A DNA stretch of 63,772 bases, the filler included, from Octopus bimaculoides (lineage: Eukaryota), in NCBI RefSeq assembly GCF_001194135.2. It is 7 parts of 7 records of this genome, joined end to end, with 100 filler letters (N's around TTAATTAATTAA, not from the genome) between each part and the next. Parts side by side here need not be neighbours in the genome. Positions count along the whole stretch, not along the records: positions 17,685 to 29,733 come from NC_069000.1; positions 29,834 to 34,574 come from NC_068981.1; positions 34,675 to 49,420 come from NC_068985.1; 4 more parts are not named here. One strand, written 5' to 3'. Shown one piece after another: positions 27,155-39,378 of this stretch. How positions within the stretch are numbered: the first letter of the stretch is position 1; the number at the start of each line of letters is the position of its first letter. Below the pieces are notes generated by a model. That model saw nothing but the letters and a program-made list of their open reading frames with translations, was not told where the DNA came from and ran no database searches. The translations under genes and the position numbers were made by a program.

Positions 27155-28558
27155 TGTGAAGACCACGTTCATCTTCTGTTAAATCCAAGTCATAGCGGCT
27201 TAATGTTTACTTGCAGTTGCTTGTCTCATGGTTGTGCATTTGTCCAAGGTGGGATTAAGAGCTGAGGAAGTCACGTTTTGCGCGCTGTGAGCCGCGGTGA
27301 AAAAAGAGGGAGAGATAAGTCCCAGAATTCCAAAGTTACACGCTACTTCGCCTAGCGGCGAGCTATTAGGACAGTTACCGTCAGGAGAGGTAACTGTGCC
27401 TATACCCCACGCCAAATGCAAACGCTTGGATTAAATGAAGGTAGGCGAAACGGACGTGTGAGAGGGAAAGGCACAGAAAATGAAGTATGGCAATACAGTT
27501 GTATGAACAATGCAAAGTTACAAACATAGAAGAAACATGCAGAAAAAAATATGTTCGTCAAGAGAACAAAATGTGTGATACACAGATAATATTTTTCGTC
27601 TTCGACTGGCAAGTCTGAAAATAGGAACAGTCTTGCTGAAAAAAATGTGTGTATAGTGTATGTGTACATATATGGTTGTAAGCAAGCGTGTGAAATGCAC
27701 AATGTTGCTGAGAAGAGAAAAATGGGTGTGGTGTGTGCACAACAAACATAAGAGTATATTCACCGGAACAGTTTATGACAAGGAAAAGTTATGAAATATA
27801 AATTGTCTTGGACAGTTTCTTCGGCCAATGAACCGATCATCCCGAACGTGTCATGTAGGGTGAAGAAGAATGCGTTTGCAAAGTCCGTTTGATAATGAGT
27901 GGAGGAAGTGCTCGTGGTGGTGGAGATGTCTGTGAGAGTGGAAGTGTCTGTGGTATGATAGGTGTGTCTGCGAGAGGTATAAGTGCTTCAGAGAAAGCTT
28001 TTCTCACTCTGTCAATCGAGATAGTCTCCTTTTTACCGTTAATGTCCACAGTAAACAGTTTAGGCGTCCTCTTAAGAACCCGATAGCGACCTGAGTAAGG
28101 CGGTGTGAGTGGTCCTTTGACGGAATCATTCCGTATGAATATATGAGTCTATGTGGAAATGTCCGGACGGACTGCAGAATACACAGACTGGTCGCGTGGA
28201 AGCATTGCTGGTAGCTCAGTGAAGAATGACCTGACTCGTGTAATGTATGATGCAGGATCCGCGTTTGGCATGTCGACAACATTTGTCAGGTAGCGCCAGA
28301 TATCGTGACCATTTGTAGCATATACCGGTTGTGTTTTAACTTGGTGATTGTTTTAATTTTTAAATTCCACCAATATTCTTTTGACCCATCGGTCTCGCAC
28401 GTTTTGTATGGCAGAATCGTTAAACTTGAACAATTTCGTTTGCTTATATTTAGTCTATGATGTCTAAGTCGCGAGATCGATTTACAGAAGCAGGACCCGT
28501 CATACTACGAAACAGCTATTTTCACATGTTCGTTTCATGCGGTTTTTCAGAGCTGTTT
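27155..28558 (-). mobile_element. Ty3/Gypsy LTR retrotransposon remnant (integrase C-terminus, possible 3' LTR)
   Basis: The minus strand at ~28200-27990 reads *THIFIRNDSVKGPLTPPYSGRYRVLKRTPKLFTVDINGKKETISIDRVRKA (GPY/F motif), and ends near TRSG*SVHWPKKL. A purine-rich tract followed by TGTAAC at 27341 may start an LTR (weak). Confidence 0.85.
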
Positions 28559-28571
28559 ATTTGTCTTCTGT

Positions 28572-28963
28572 GTGGAGGCGCAATGGCCCAGTGGTTAGGA
28601 CAGCGGACTCGCGGTCATAGGATCGCGGTTTCGATTCCCAGACCGGGCGTTGTCAGTGTTTATTGAGCGAAAACACCTAAAGCTCCACGAGGCTCCGGCA
28701 GGGGATGGTAACGAGCCCTGCTGTACTCTTTCAACACAACTTTCTCTCACTCTTACTTCCTGTTTCTGTTGTGCATGTAATTCAAAAGGTCAGCCTTGTC
28801 ACACTGTGTCACGCTGAATATCCCCGAGAACTACGTTATGGGTACACGTGTCTGTGGAGTGCTCAGCCACTTGCACGTTAATTTCACGAGCAGACTGTTC
28901 CGTTGATCCGATCAACTGGAACCCTCGACGTCGTAAGCGATGGAGTGCCAACAATACAATACA
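28572..28963 (+). mobile_element. SINE family C, full length, 13-bp TSD
   Basis: A-box TGGCCCAGTGG, B-box GGTTTCGATTCC, (CAATA)n tail; TSD ATTTGTCTTCTGT at 28559-28571 and 28964-28976. Confidence 0.92.
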
Positions 28964-29551
28964 ATTTGTCTTCTGTATTAGTCATGTAGACGCGTCACAA
29001 CTATAAATATAGTAACTTATCAGTAAGTGTTTGTTGAGCCCCTTGTGGTTTAATATGTTGAATTCAACACATATGCCTGACTCTCTTATTGAATACTTCT
29101 GCCGAGTGCTTGGGAAACATTTTCGTTCATTTCATTCAATTTCTTCCAAACGGAATTCGTTCAAACGTCACGTTCTGTTTGCATGATAATATGTTACAAT
29201 TACTACTGCTTCATTTGTTGAAGCTGGCTAACAAAATGGGTTTTGAAGTCTGATTTCAGAAGCAGAACATGTACCCGAGCCCAATAGGTATTTTTAAGTG
29301 TTTGTTTGATGAAATTTTTCTGAAATGCTCAAAGCCTGTTCCGCATTCGTCATGCAGATGTAAAACAGAGAGAGATTTAAGTTACTCGTCTTTATACCAC
29401 AGTATTTAAGGTTTAAATGTTGATAAACAGGGGTTTAGAATGAAAACTTGAAGAAAATAGTAATTACGAAGAATGTCAATCACGGATAGAAATTTCATCA
29501 ATACATTTGTCCTGCGTGCGCGCATGTGTGTGTGTATGTATCTGTTTATGC

Positions 29552-29594
<43 letters not shown>

Positions 29595-29689
29595 TGAGTG
29601 CGTATGTACGTGTATGTATCTGTGTATGTGTATCCCTGTATGAGCGTGTGCATGCGCATATGTGTTTGTGTGTGTGTGTATGTGTGTGT

Positions 29690-29733
<44 letters not shown>

Positions 29734-29853
29734 NNNNNNNNNNNNNNNNNNNNNNNNNNNNNNNNNNNNNNNNNNNNTTAATTAATTAANNNNNNNNNNN
29801 NNNNNNNNNNNNNNNNNNNNNNNNNNNNNNNNNTATATATATATATATATAAT

Positions 29854-29887
<34 letters not shown>

Positions 29888-30454
29888 CATGTATATATGT
29901 AAATAGTTAAACATATATTTTTCTATTTATTTATTCGAATATACATACATATATATATACGCACACACATACATATTTCCTCAATGAATCTGCATTAACC
30001 CATCTCAAGCTATATAATCTTTAGGTAATGATATAATGACGCTGAATTCAATGTGATCTGCTCCGAGTCTCAACAGAACAAGGCAGTATTTAAAAATGAG
30101 AATTTGCTTGACCTAGAAAAATAGGTCTCCATAGCAGAATCATTGCCTAGGAAGGGCTGTTAATTTCGTACCGAACAAAATACGTACCAATAAATGATTA
30201 GTATTGATTTAAATAAACCTTATCCTTTGATATGTATTGTCAACCCTCTGTCATTTACACTTTTATGTTTTTATGTTTTGTTTTTAATGTTTTTTAGAGT
30301 AGATCATTTCTATTTGTTATTGTAGCTATTCTAATGCGAAGATTGATGCTATCCGATCGTGATTGTTACGTTGGTTGATTTTTCAGTTTACTAAAAGAGA
30401 TAATGTGCTGTGTGAAGAAATACTTTTTATAACAATCAAATGAAATTGTATTTA

Positions 30455-30677
30455 CTGTAATCATTCGACAATCGCGAGTGTTAATATGTCCCACCCACCC
30501 CAACATAGGTGAAAATCCTCGAAGTAGAAACAGTAATTTACTGTATTTTTTAGAAGTAATTTTATGATTTGTATATATTTATTTTATTATAAATGCAAAC
30601 CAACACCACGGAGGAGTCGACGTAAGCTAAAATACTAAACTGCGATATGTGAACCGCGATATATCGAGAGATTACTG
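30455..30677. mobile_element. Tigger/pogo-like MITE
   Basis: Right TIR (reverse complement) CAGTAATCTCTCGATATATCGCG; left end CTGTAATCATTCGACAATCGCG; TA dinucleotide on both sides. Confidence 0.6.
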
Positions 30678-31209
30678 TATTAAAAAACTATATTTTCCTT
30701 GCAAAACCTCCGGAGTTTCAATAATATTGAGTCACTATAAACAGTATCAGTGCAACTATTGTAGCATCGACCGCATCATAAACATAAACATACGCATTTT
30801 TAGCTAAAAATGCGGGACACTTCCTCGACAAATACGAAAGTGTTTATGTTGTGCGCTTAAAACAATCGCCATCGAAACCGAGGCAGCTTTCTACATAACG
30901 AGCAGTCGGCAAAATGAATCTGTAACATAGCCCTCGTGTTACAAAGCCAACTCAGTATTTTCTCGAAAATATATGTAATATACTCTTTAATAAAATATAA
31001 TATCAATCATAGGTTAGCTATGAAATAAACATTAAGTACTGTAACTAATATGTAGACACAAATGTCACCTGAGAGTAGTCATGAAACGGTAGACGTTTGT
31101 ATAGCGCTTAAATATTAGGGCGCATATACATGAATATATAATAAACATATAGGTACATATGTATTCTCGCACCAGCACACACAAACACACACACACACAA
31201 ACACACACA

Positions 31210-31324
<115 letters not shown>

Positions 31325-32232
31325 CGTAGGATCCACCAGTGATTTGATTCTGAAGAGGCACGTCTTTTTAGTTAAAAGAACTGTTCTCCGTTCATTTTTT
31401 TTTAATCCATCAGTATCATTCTGTTTGACTCATTTGTATTCTAAAGAGTTGCTGTGCAAATGATGTGACTAGTGTTGGTAGTGTCATGGCTTTGGTATCT
31501 ATTGGTGTTTATCGTCGTCGTCGTTGTTGCTGTCGTTGGAATTGATGTTATTGTCGCTGCTACTTTTGATGCTCGCTTTGTTGTTGTTGCTGACCGTGTT
31601 GATCTTGTATACCATTTGATTCCTTTTCCCTTTTTTTCGCCCTCGCTTTAATTTTAACGATGACCACCACATATAATATCGTATGAGCGCGTTTTATGGT
31701 AGGATTATATCACTAAAGATATCTGCCAGAACAGTCTATATTAGTTGTTTGGTTGAAACGAAGAAACTAGTATTTGCTTAGCGAGGCAAAGGTAGGTAAC
31801 CTTTGTCTTGAAACGGGTGTCTGTGTTTAACTGAAGAATATAGGCAGCAGGATATTGACCTATTATCATAATGATCCTATGAAGAAATGTTTTATTTGAA
31901 TGAATATTATTAAAATATTTTTAATGTTATTCATGATTTTACTTGAAATGAGATATGCATTTATGGATGCTCATTAGCATCCTTAAGGCAATAATTTTCT
32001 TCGTATAAAATTGTCTAATTAACAGTTGAAATTTGTAAACTAGCGATTGCAGAAAATTTAGAATAATGTATTTGGAAGGAATAGTAGGATCACACAACAA
32101 CAGTTGCTGTCACTTGACTTGTCAAGCAAACTTAAGTGAAAGTTACTCTGGGGCTACTCGATTTTCTAGAAATAGCAAACGAATCTCCACAGTTCTCAAG
32201 ACTATATTAGATAGAGCATTCACGGCCGATTA

Positions 32233-32339
<107 letters not shown>

Positions 32340-32344
32340 CAACA

Positions 32345-32459
32345 ATTGTTTCAGATTTTGCCACAAGGGCACCAATTCGGGGGTAAGGAATTAATGGATT
32401 ACATCCTCTCTTGTGTTTCACTGGTACTTAATATATCAACCCCGAAATGATAAAAGTTA
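32345..32459 (-). mobile_element. SINE family A, 3' part, adjoining (AAT)n at 32231-32340
   Basis: Family A tail and central domain. Confidence 0.75.
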
Positions 32460-32569
32460 ATAATAATAATATGATATCCACTGGATAATATGCCAACACT
32501 ACAGCATAAGAACTACGAATTGGTAAAACTATGTGCCAAATAAGGTACATGACATCGACCAAGCGATGA

Positions 32570-32815
32570 TCATCTTGGATAAGCCTTCCAAACTGACAAA
32601 TAAATAGAAAAAAATCATCCAGACATAATAATATAGGATGGAGAAAAACACTTGTTTACTAGTAGACATTGGAGTCCCCTCTGATCTAAACAATATCCCC
32701 AAAATAGTGGAGAAAATGTCAAAATAAAAGATCTCGGAATTGAAGTATTCAAGATTTGGGGTATGAAGACGAAAAGAATACCAGTAATAATTGGAGCACT
32801 GAATATGATAAAATT
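32570..32815 (+). mobile_element. R4/Dong-like non-LTR retrotransposon restriction-like endonuclease (RLE) fragment, decayed
   Basis: Frameshifted translation FQTDK*IEKNHPDIII*D / TCLLVDIGVPSDLNNIPKIVEKMSK* / KDLGIEVFKIWGMKTKRIPVIIGALNMI matches the PD..D..K RLE signature. Confidence 0.8.
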
Positions 32816-33368
32816 CCAATGAACATATATGTAGAAGCTATATCTCGATTCGAAAGAGAATTTACTCTATAACAAATTTAGAGCTAATATTATGTATAAC
32901 TTAATATATATACCTGACATTCTCACCACCTTATAAAGAACGAATGAGCATAAATACATATTTCGGATCTTTGGGGTTTGACGGGCAACATTTTTTATGT
33001 AGTGTTTTTGGTACCGAAACACTTTCAAACTTCGTATACTTGTATATTTTGTGGTATAGAACAGATAAAAAAAATTGTATTCGAAGTTATTTCACGTTAA
33101 AAATTGTCTTATTTCGATAATTTCAACTAATCACTGACGTCTATTCAGTTGAAAACAGTTAGCGCTGTAACGGTGTATATTCTATTAATCCCCGTTAGTT
33201 CTGAGATTTCCGATTAACTAGACTGTTCGTAAACAAAGGGGAAAAAACCATCAAAATACTTGAATATTGCCTGCACTTGTTATTGGATCTGGCAGAATTA
33301 TTAATGCACCTCCAAGTGCTTCATTTCCTAGAAATAGCAGCCAAATCTTCTTTAAATCAAACTCTAGT

Positions 33369-33412
33369 TTAGGGATAGGGTTCGGGTTTTAGAGTTAGGG
33401 TTGGGGTTATGA
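33369..33412 (+). repeat. Degenerate TTAGGG-like hexamer array
   Basis: TTAGGG ATAGGG TTCGGG TTTTAG AG TTAGGG TTGGGG TTATGA. Confidence 0.5.
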
Positions 33413-34124
33413 GTGAAGTTATGGCTAAAATAATCATAACCCTTAACGTAACATACATGCATACTTACATAAATACATACACATACACATACATACAGAG
33501 ATGCACACAGAGATTCAGACTCACACACACACATATATATGCTGGGGTGTATGCATATGCATTTATATATTTATATATACATATATGCAAAATACGTATA
33601 TAGGCATATAAACCCATATACATACACATATATATGTATATGTATACGTTAAACATACTATCCCCAAAATAGCCCTCCTTAAAATACCCTACACCCTACG
33701 CAATGTATTATCAATTCAATAGTAAAAACCAAATAATACAATCCTGAATCACAATGCTTACTCTGTACAGTAAATAAACAATAAAATGAACAATCCTCAC
33801 AAACTAACCGATACAGGTTGGATACCCAACACAAGTATACAGTTCGCATTACATGTTCAACAAATAACACAATAACTAATTGGACAAAGTTCTCAAAATA
33901 AATCTCAATAATAAAAGGGACTGATACCATACAATGTCGCGGAGAGTGTGTAATCGTCCAACAACAACAACAACAACAACATACAGGAAGACAATGCAGC
34001 GCATGACACAGATGTGTAGCAGGAGACGAAGTAGAACTTTTCCTGAAACTAAGAAATATCGAAAGATAACAACGACTACAACGACAATAGCAACAGCAAC
34101 AAAACAACTTCAACAGCAATGGGA

Positions 34125-34225
34125 CGAAGGAGAAGAAGAAGAAGAAGAAGAAGAAGAAGAAGAAGAAGAAGAAGAAGAAGAAGAAGAAGAAGAAGAAGAA
34201 GAAGAAGAAGAAGAAGAAGAAGAAG

Positions 34226-34256
<31 letters not shown>
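34125..34256. repeat. (GAA)n microsatellite
   Basis: Seen directly; source of the poly-E ORF. Confidence 0.95.
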
Positions 34257-34257
<1 letters not shown>

Positions 34258-34385
34258 TCCTTTCTACTATAGGCGCAAGCTCTGAAAAGTAGGGGGCTGG
34301 TGATAGTCGATCATTTTATCGAACTCGAAGGATGAAAGGCTAAATCGACTCGGTGTGCTAACGATTCTGCCAGCTCACCGACTTA
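34258..34385 (-). mobile_element. SINE family A, internally deleted copy
   Basis: Family A tail joined to the 5' head GCCAGCTCACCG. Confidence 0.7.
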
Positions 34386-34490
34386 ATAATAGTATTAACG
34401 ATGAGGAAAATGATGATGATGATGATGATGATGATGATCATGATGATGATCATGATGAGTCATTTGATGGAATGCTTTGGTCTCTCACAC

Positions 34491-34546
<56 letters not shown>

Positions 34547-35424
34547 TAATAATAATAATAATAATAATAATAATNNNNNNNNNNNNNNNNNNNNNNNNNN
34601 NNNNNNNNNNNNNNNNNNTTAATTAATTAANNNNNNNNNNNNNNNNNNNNNNNNNNNNNNNNNNNNNNNNNNNNTTTTGCTTCCAGAATATGAATATGAA
34701 TATGTGATGCTCAAAAGCTAGAAAAACAGGGACTTAAAAAAGGGTATTAAAAAAAAATAGAAGTGGGTTTCAAAAACAAAAAAAAATCTATCCTAAAACG
34801 GAGTGTCTAATGTAGCATACGGACAGCTGTGGGATGGTCATTCCTGAAACACTTTGATCATAACGGGTCTGCAAGATAAGAGCTGACCTGGGGATAAACA
34901 CCATTTCCCAAGTAACGCTTGCTTCTATATATTTGTTGGAGAAATGTCAATAATGAAAGTATTGTTGTATATACTTTCATGTTCAACGTGTCCATTCCTC
35001 ATATACGCCACCGATATTAATGGCGGTTTATTAATAACCCTCTGCTTTTTAACCAGGCCTAATCGTTGATTCTGTAGCGTTAAATAGTATAACAATTATT
35101 TTGGAGTCTATGAAAAAGATAGAGTCAAAAGCTGTTTGCAAAATTCAACAGTAGTCTGTCCATACATAAAAAAATGCGTTATTAAAAACGTCTGAGTGCG
35201 TGTTTCAGAGAGTATATGATATCTACAGGTTGATCACATTAAAAATTTGAAGCAAAAATCTTCTTGTAAAATTGTGATGATAGGCACCTTCTTAACTGAT
35301 TAAATTTTTCATTACATATTAATAAATAACAAATGAAATAATTGAACAAGAATCGGTATATGATATAACAAATGAAAGTTTTATGATCAGCCAAAATGCT
35401 TGAGATCAAGTGATAAACACACCG

Positions 35425-36022
35425 ATATCTTCAGCTAAAAAAAGTTTATTTACATACAGGACAAACCAAGTGCCAAGTGAAACGATTAAGCATAAGCATT
35501 TGACCAAGGTGACCACAAAAGATATTCATATACAACGCATACGACATGTATAATTAAAAAATAAAAGTATTTACAGAGGACGAACGAGTCCCAATATTGT
35601 CATTCAACAAAATACAAAGGATATATAATTTATACGATAATTTATATACAAAACAGTTAGAAACACAAACTGCTATGTCAATTTATTCCTACATAAAGCT
35701 AAGTCCTATGATTATAAAATATATTAATCAGTTAAGACTTTATGAATTAATTTTCGCTGACAATTTTCAATATAAAAAGTAACAAGTAACATTTTAGAAA
35801 AATAACTTTCTAATCGAACTTTTTTACTGACAAAAGAGAATTAGAAGAAATAACGCAATAAACGAATGAATTAATAAATAAATATACGTATATTTACTTA
35901 CACTACAGCTTCGCCATCTGTATCTGCTTTAAATTTACCAGAGTTCTGAAGAACCATGTTTGTTATTGTAACTAATGATCTTGCATTTGGCGCCAAATAA
36001 GAGATATGGCGGGAGGGTACAA
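35425..36022 (-). other. Candidate terminal exon plus 3' UTR of a minus-strand gene
   Basis: Acceptor gtttttag| at 36022. Frames are open to 35935 (CTLPPYLLFGAKCKIISYNNKHGSSELW*) or to ~35898 (VPSRHISYLAPNARSLVTITNMVLQNSGKFKADTDGEAVV*). AATAAA on the minus strand at 35445-35450, in an AT-rich UTR-like tract. Confidence 0.3.
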
Positions 36023-36499
36023 CTAAAAACTGGATTGTAATATTATAAACGAAACTTTATTTTGCGCAACGTAATTGTTTTACTAACTACATTGTTATAT
36101 ACTACTGCTTTACTTACTACATTGTTATATACGACTGAGATTACTTTAAACAATCGGTAATTAAATTTAAAAAACTGTTTGTATGATTTCAAAAATTCGT
36201 AGGATTTTTTTTTTTGATGCCGTGATAATTTTTTTGAAAATATTATTTAGCCTTTTTAATGCAATTATCATGTTAGCTGGTGTCAAACTTTTTGAAAAGT
36301 GATGTAACATTTTTAGGAGTTAAATTTTCCTAAAAATGTTGTATAACTTCTGAATAAATTCTATAAATGATCGTTAAATCATACAGACACATTTGTAGTA
36401 ATGATATGTGAATGTGAGAAAACAGAATTTATTGTTTGCCTTTGAAAAATATTTTGCTTCATTTTCCATATTTGAGGTATTTTTAAATATTTTCCCAGT

Positions 36500-37560
36500 G
36501 GTTGTTATTATTTCCTGAAGGGTTGAACAGTGGTAGAGAATGCCTACATGGCATCCATCATCTACTACTGCCTAACTCATGCCTTGTCCCACTTTATAGT
36601 GGACTTAATTGGAGCACTTGGTCTTTCACTTTTTATGGAGGGGATGCATCCGACTGGTCAGACAGTTCGTTTACTATCAACATTTGTTGCATGGAAGACT
36701 GAGCATGCCATGGTTAATGATGCACAGACATGCACTGAGGCTACATCTCCAGAATTTCCTTGACATTGAGCCAGTGTGGTCGACAGACTTTTCCAAAACA
36801 GGTCTCCCTGACAGAGTTACAGTCCTGGATTAAGCATAGACTGAGGTAGATGCCTGGCACCTTGAATGCTATTGAACATTTTCAATCCTCTGCCAGTCAG
36901 ACAACGCAGTTGTATTTTCCAACATGGCATATCTATAGAGGATTAGTGATGGGCAACAGTGACGATGTTCTCAAGGAAACTTTGGGTGGTGATGAAAATC
37001 AACTGACTGATCTTTTCTGGAGAACTTTTGAGTCAGGGCCCATAGATAATTTCCAGAAATCCCTGCCTTGTCCTGGCATTGCTACCAAGAGGCATTGCTG
37101 ATTCGGAATAAACTTTACAGGTACGGTAGTCCTGTCAGTCACACCTGCCTGAGGTGCACACCAAATAATGAAACCTTCCTGCACATGCTTGTACAGAATT
37201 CAAGCATTACTTGTGGAATTATGTTGAACAGCTGCTATCATGTGTAGGACAGATTTGGCTATAAGCCAGCTCCGCTGTGAAGATTGCCCCACTGCCATTG
37301 AATGGAAAGGATAGGCAGTTTTCCTTTATCTAGTGATTCTGGCAAAAAGATGTTGGTAGTGGACGAGACTGAAAGGACTGAAGATAGACACTTTGCTCTT
37401 CAGCCAAGGTCTGATTGACATTTTAAAATTCCATCTAAAAAAGAAGGTAAGGGTTGAGATGAATGGGCTGTCTTCACTGTAAATTTGTTGGAAGACAGGT
37501 GAATGTGGCAAGGATGTCTCAAGTGAGTGGGATGCCTGTAGGCCAAGGAATATGGAGTTG
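36500..37560 (+). mobile_element. Tx1/L1-like LINE ORF2 C-terminal fragment, decayed
   Basis: WHCYQEALLIRNKLYRYGSPVSHTCLRCTPNNETFLHML at ~37073-37195 is a zf-RVT-like CxxC...ET..H motif. Upstream VENAYMASIIYYCL...LSLFMEG resembles L1/Tx1 post-RT sequence. Many stops and frameshifts. Confidence 0.75.
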
Positions 37561-37789
37561 AAGGAGAATCACTTCACCTATTCTCACTCCCCTCCAATGT
37601 CCCATGAGGACATATCCCAACACATCTTCACCATCATCTCTCTTACAATCATCCTCTTTATCTTACTCTCTTCCAACTGGGATACCCATGTATCTACTCT
37701 ACAGTAAGGCACTTATCTCTTTCCCTTTGTATGCTTAACCTCTCAACTGGCACAAAGTCACACCCCCTCAATACTACTTCCCACTCCCA

Positions 37790-38140
37790 TTTGAGGGTTT
37801 TTTATCTTGCAAGGTACTTGGTGACCCTGTCAGTGCTGGCGCCACACAAAAAGCCCTGGTGCTAGTGCCATGTAAAAAGTACTGGTACTGGTACCACATA
37901 AAAAGCATTGGTGCTGGTGCTGCGTAAAAAACATCCATTCTGGTGCCATGTAAAAAGCACTGGTGCTAGTTCCCTTTAAAAAGCACCCAATACAATCTGT
38001 TAAGTGGTTGGTGTTAGGAAGGGCATCCAACTGTAGAAACCATGTCAGAACAGACTATGGAACTTGGTACAGCTCATGGTCTTGCCAACTTCTGACTTGG
38101 TGCAGCATGGAAAACAGTCGTTAGATGATAATGATGATGA
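37790..38140 (+). mobile_element. Repeat family D (retroposon 3' tail with tandem GCTGGTGCCAYGTAAAAAGCAC units, GGAAGGGCATCC motif, (GAT)n end)
   Basis: The same module recurs at 39165-39378 and at 44365-44425 plus 44770-44990. Confidence 0.75.
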
Positions 38141-38446
38141 CTTTGTGAAGGTACTCTTAGATATACAAAAACAAAAGGATCATAGTTGGGATGTTTTTAA
38201 TGACAATAGTTTTACTAGGGATAAACAATAACAGAAAAGTGTTATTTATTATCTAGGGCTTCACATTAAAAATTTTTAATTCCCATTAATTTCAATAAAC
38301 TAATTAAAAACAATATCCTGAATTAAATCAATTAATTACTAACTAACTTATTGTATGCTTATTAATACTGTAAAAATTCTAATTGGCTTTTTTTTTTCTG
38401 GACTTCTTTAAGTAATCCTTTATTTGAAATTCTAAAGTCCCCAAAC

Positions 38447-38536
38447 CTTTGAAATCTGGATTTCTTTCTTGTGAGATTGGCACTACAAATTGAAAATTCT
38501 CTCAAAGTGCTGAGAAGTTTTCCTGGAATGGTACAA
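38447..38536 (-). other. Candidate 90-nt exon (phase 2-2)
   Basis: ctgac...gttcacaacag|TTGTACC...TTCAAAG|gtttgg; the single open frame is CTIPGKLLSTLREFSICSANLTRKKSRFQ. Confidence 0.2.
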
Positions 38537-39019
38537 CTGTTGTGAACAATTTTGTCAAATTGTCAGCTGTCGAGGGTAACATCATCTCACCAGCCCCTGA
38601 GAGGTTGAGTGAAACAGTAATAAAATAATTTGTTTTAAAAAGTGAAAGATCCTCGAATAATTAATTAATAAGCTTAATCCACCCTCTTGACTATTGGTTG
38701 TCTTAAGTAGAAACTACTTTATTGAAACGACTCGTCTTCTAACACTCATCCCCCAATCAGTCAGGTGATCGATACCATTTATCTGCCTACATTTATCCCT
38801 TTTACTGTCCCCTATCACCTCTTCCTTCTCCTCCTCCCTTATCCACTCTTATTTTCTCCCCTCCCCAAACTGATATTCACTGTCTTCACCTCCATCCCCA
38901 TCTCTGATCATCAGTCACGCACTTTTCACACTCTTTTGAAATTATCTACTCACAGACCCATCCCGTCTGTTCTTCTATCCTTATTCTCCTCCCTCTCACA
39001 TTCACTTTGTACCTTGAGG

Positions 39020-39087
<68 letters not shown>

Positions 39088-39164
39088 CCTTTTCAGCAAG
39101 ACACTTGTTCCTATCTGTCTACCATACTTTCCTGTCCTTCAATACTATACTCAATTGAATTGAG

Positions 39165-39378
39165 GGGTCTTGACTTGCAAGTTACGTGGTGGCCTCACTA
39201 GTGCTGGTGTCATGTAAAATAAACTCAGTGCATTCTGTAAAGCGGTTGGTGTTAGGAAGAGCATCCACTTGTAGAAACCATGCCAAAGCAAACACTGGAA
39301 CTTGGAAGAGCTCATCAATTCCTGTTGAACTATCCAACCTATGCCAGCATGGAAACAGAAACATTAAATCACAATAGT
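39165..39378 (+). mobile_element. Repeat family D copy
   Basis: TTGCAAGTTACGTGGTGGCC...GGTTGGTGTTAGGAAGAGCATCC...CCAGCATGGAAAC. Confidence 0.75.

Noticed and set aside
28572-28650. tRNA-like cloverleaf with A/B boxes (also at 63275-63352, 44427-44500 and ~5131)
   Set aside because: These are SINE heads followed by SINE bodies, with TSDs in the family C copies; not tRNA genes.
35902-36022. Resemblance of VPSRHISYLAPNARSLVTITNMVLQNSGKFKA to the BPI/LBP N-terminal domain or to Cys-less Ig E-F strands
   Set aside because: Only ~30 aa matched by eye, it fits two unrelated folds, the frame stops right after, and no other BPI/Ig exon was found; no gene name assigned.
37830-37990. Short regularly repeated units (GCTGGTGCCAYGTAAAAAGCAC) superficially like a CRISPR array
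   Set aside because: Eukaryotic retroposon-internal tandem repeat with no unique spacers and no cas genes.
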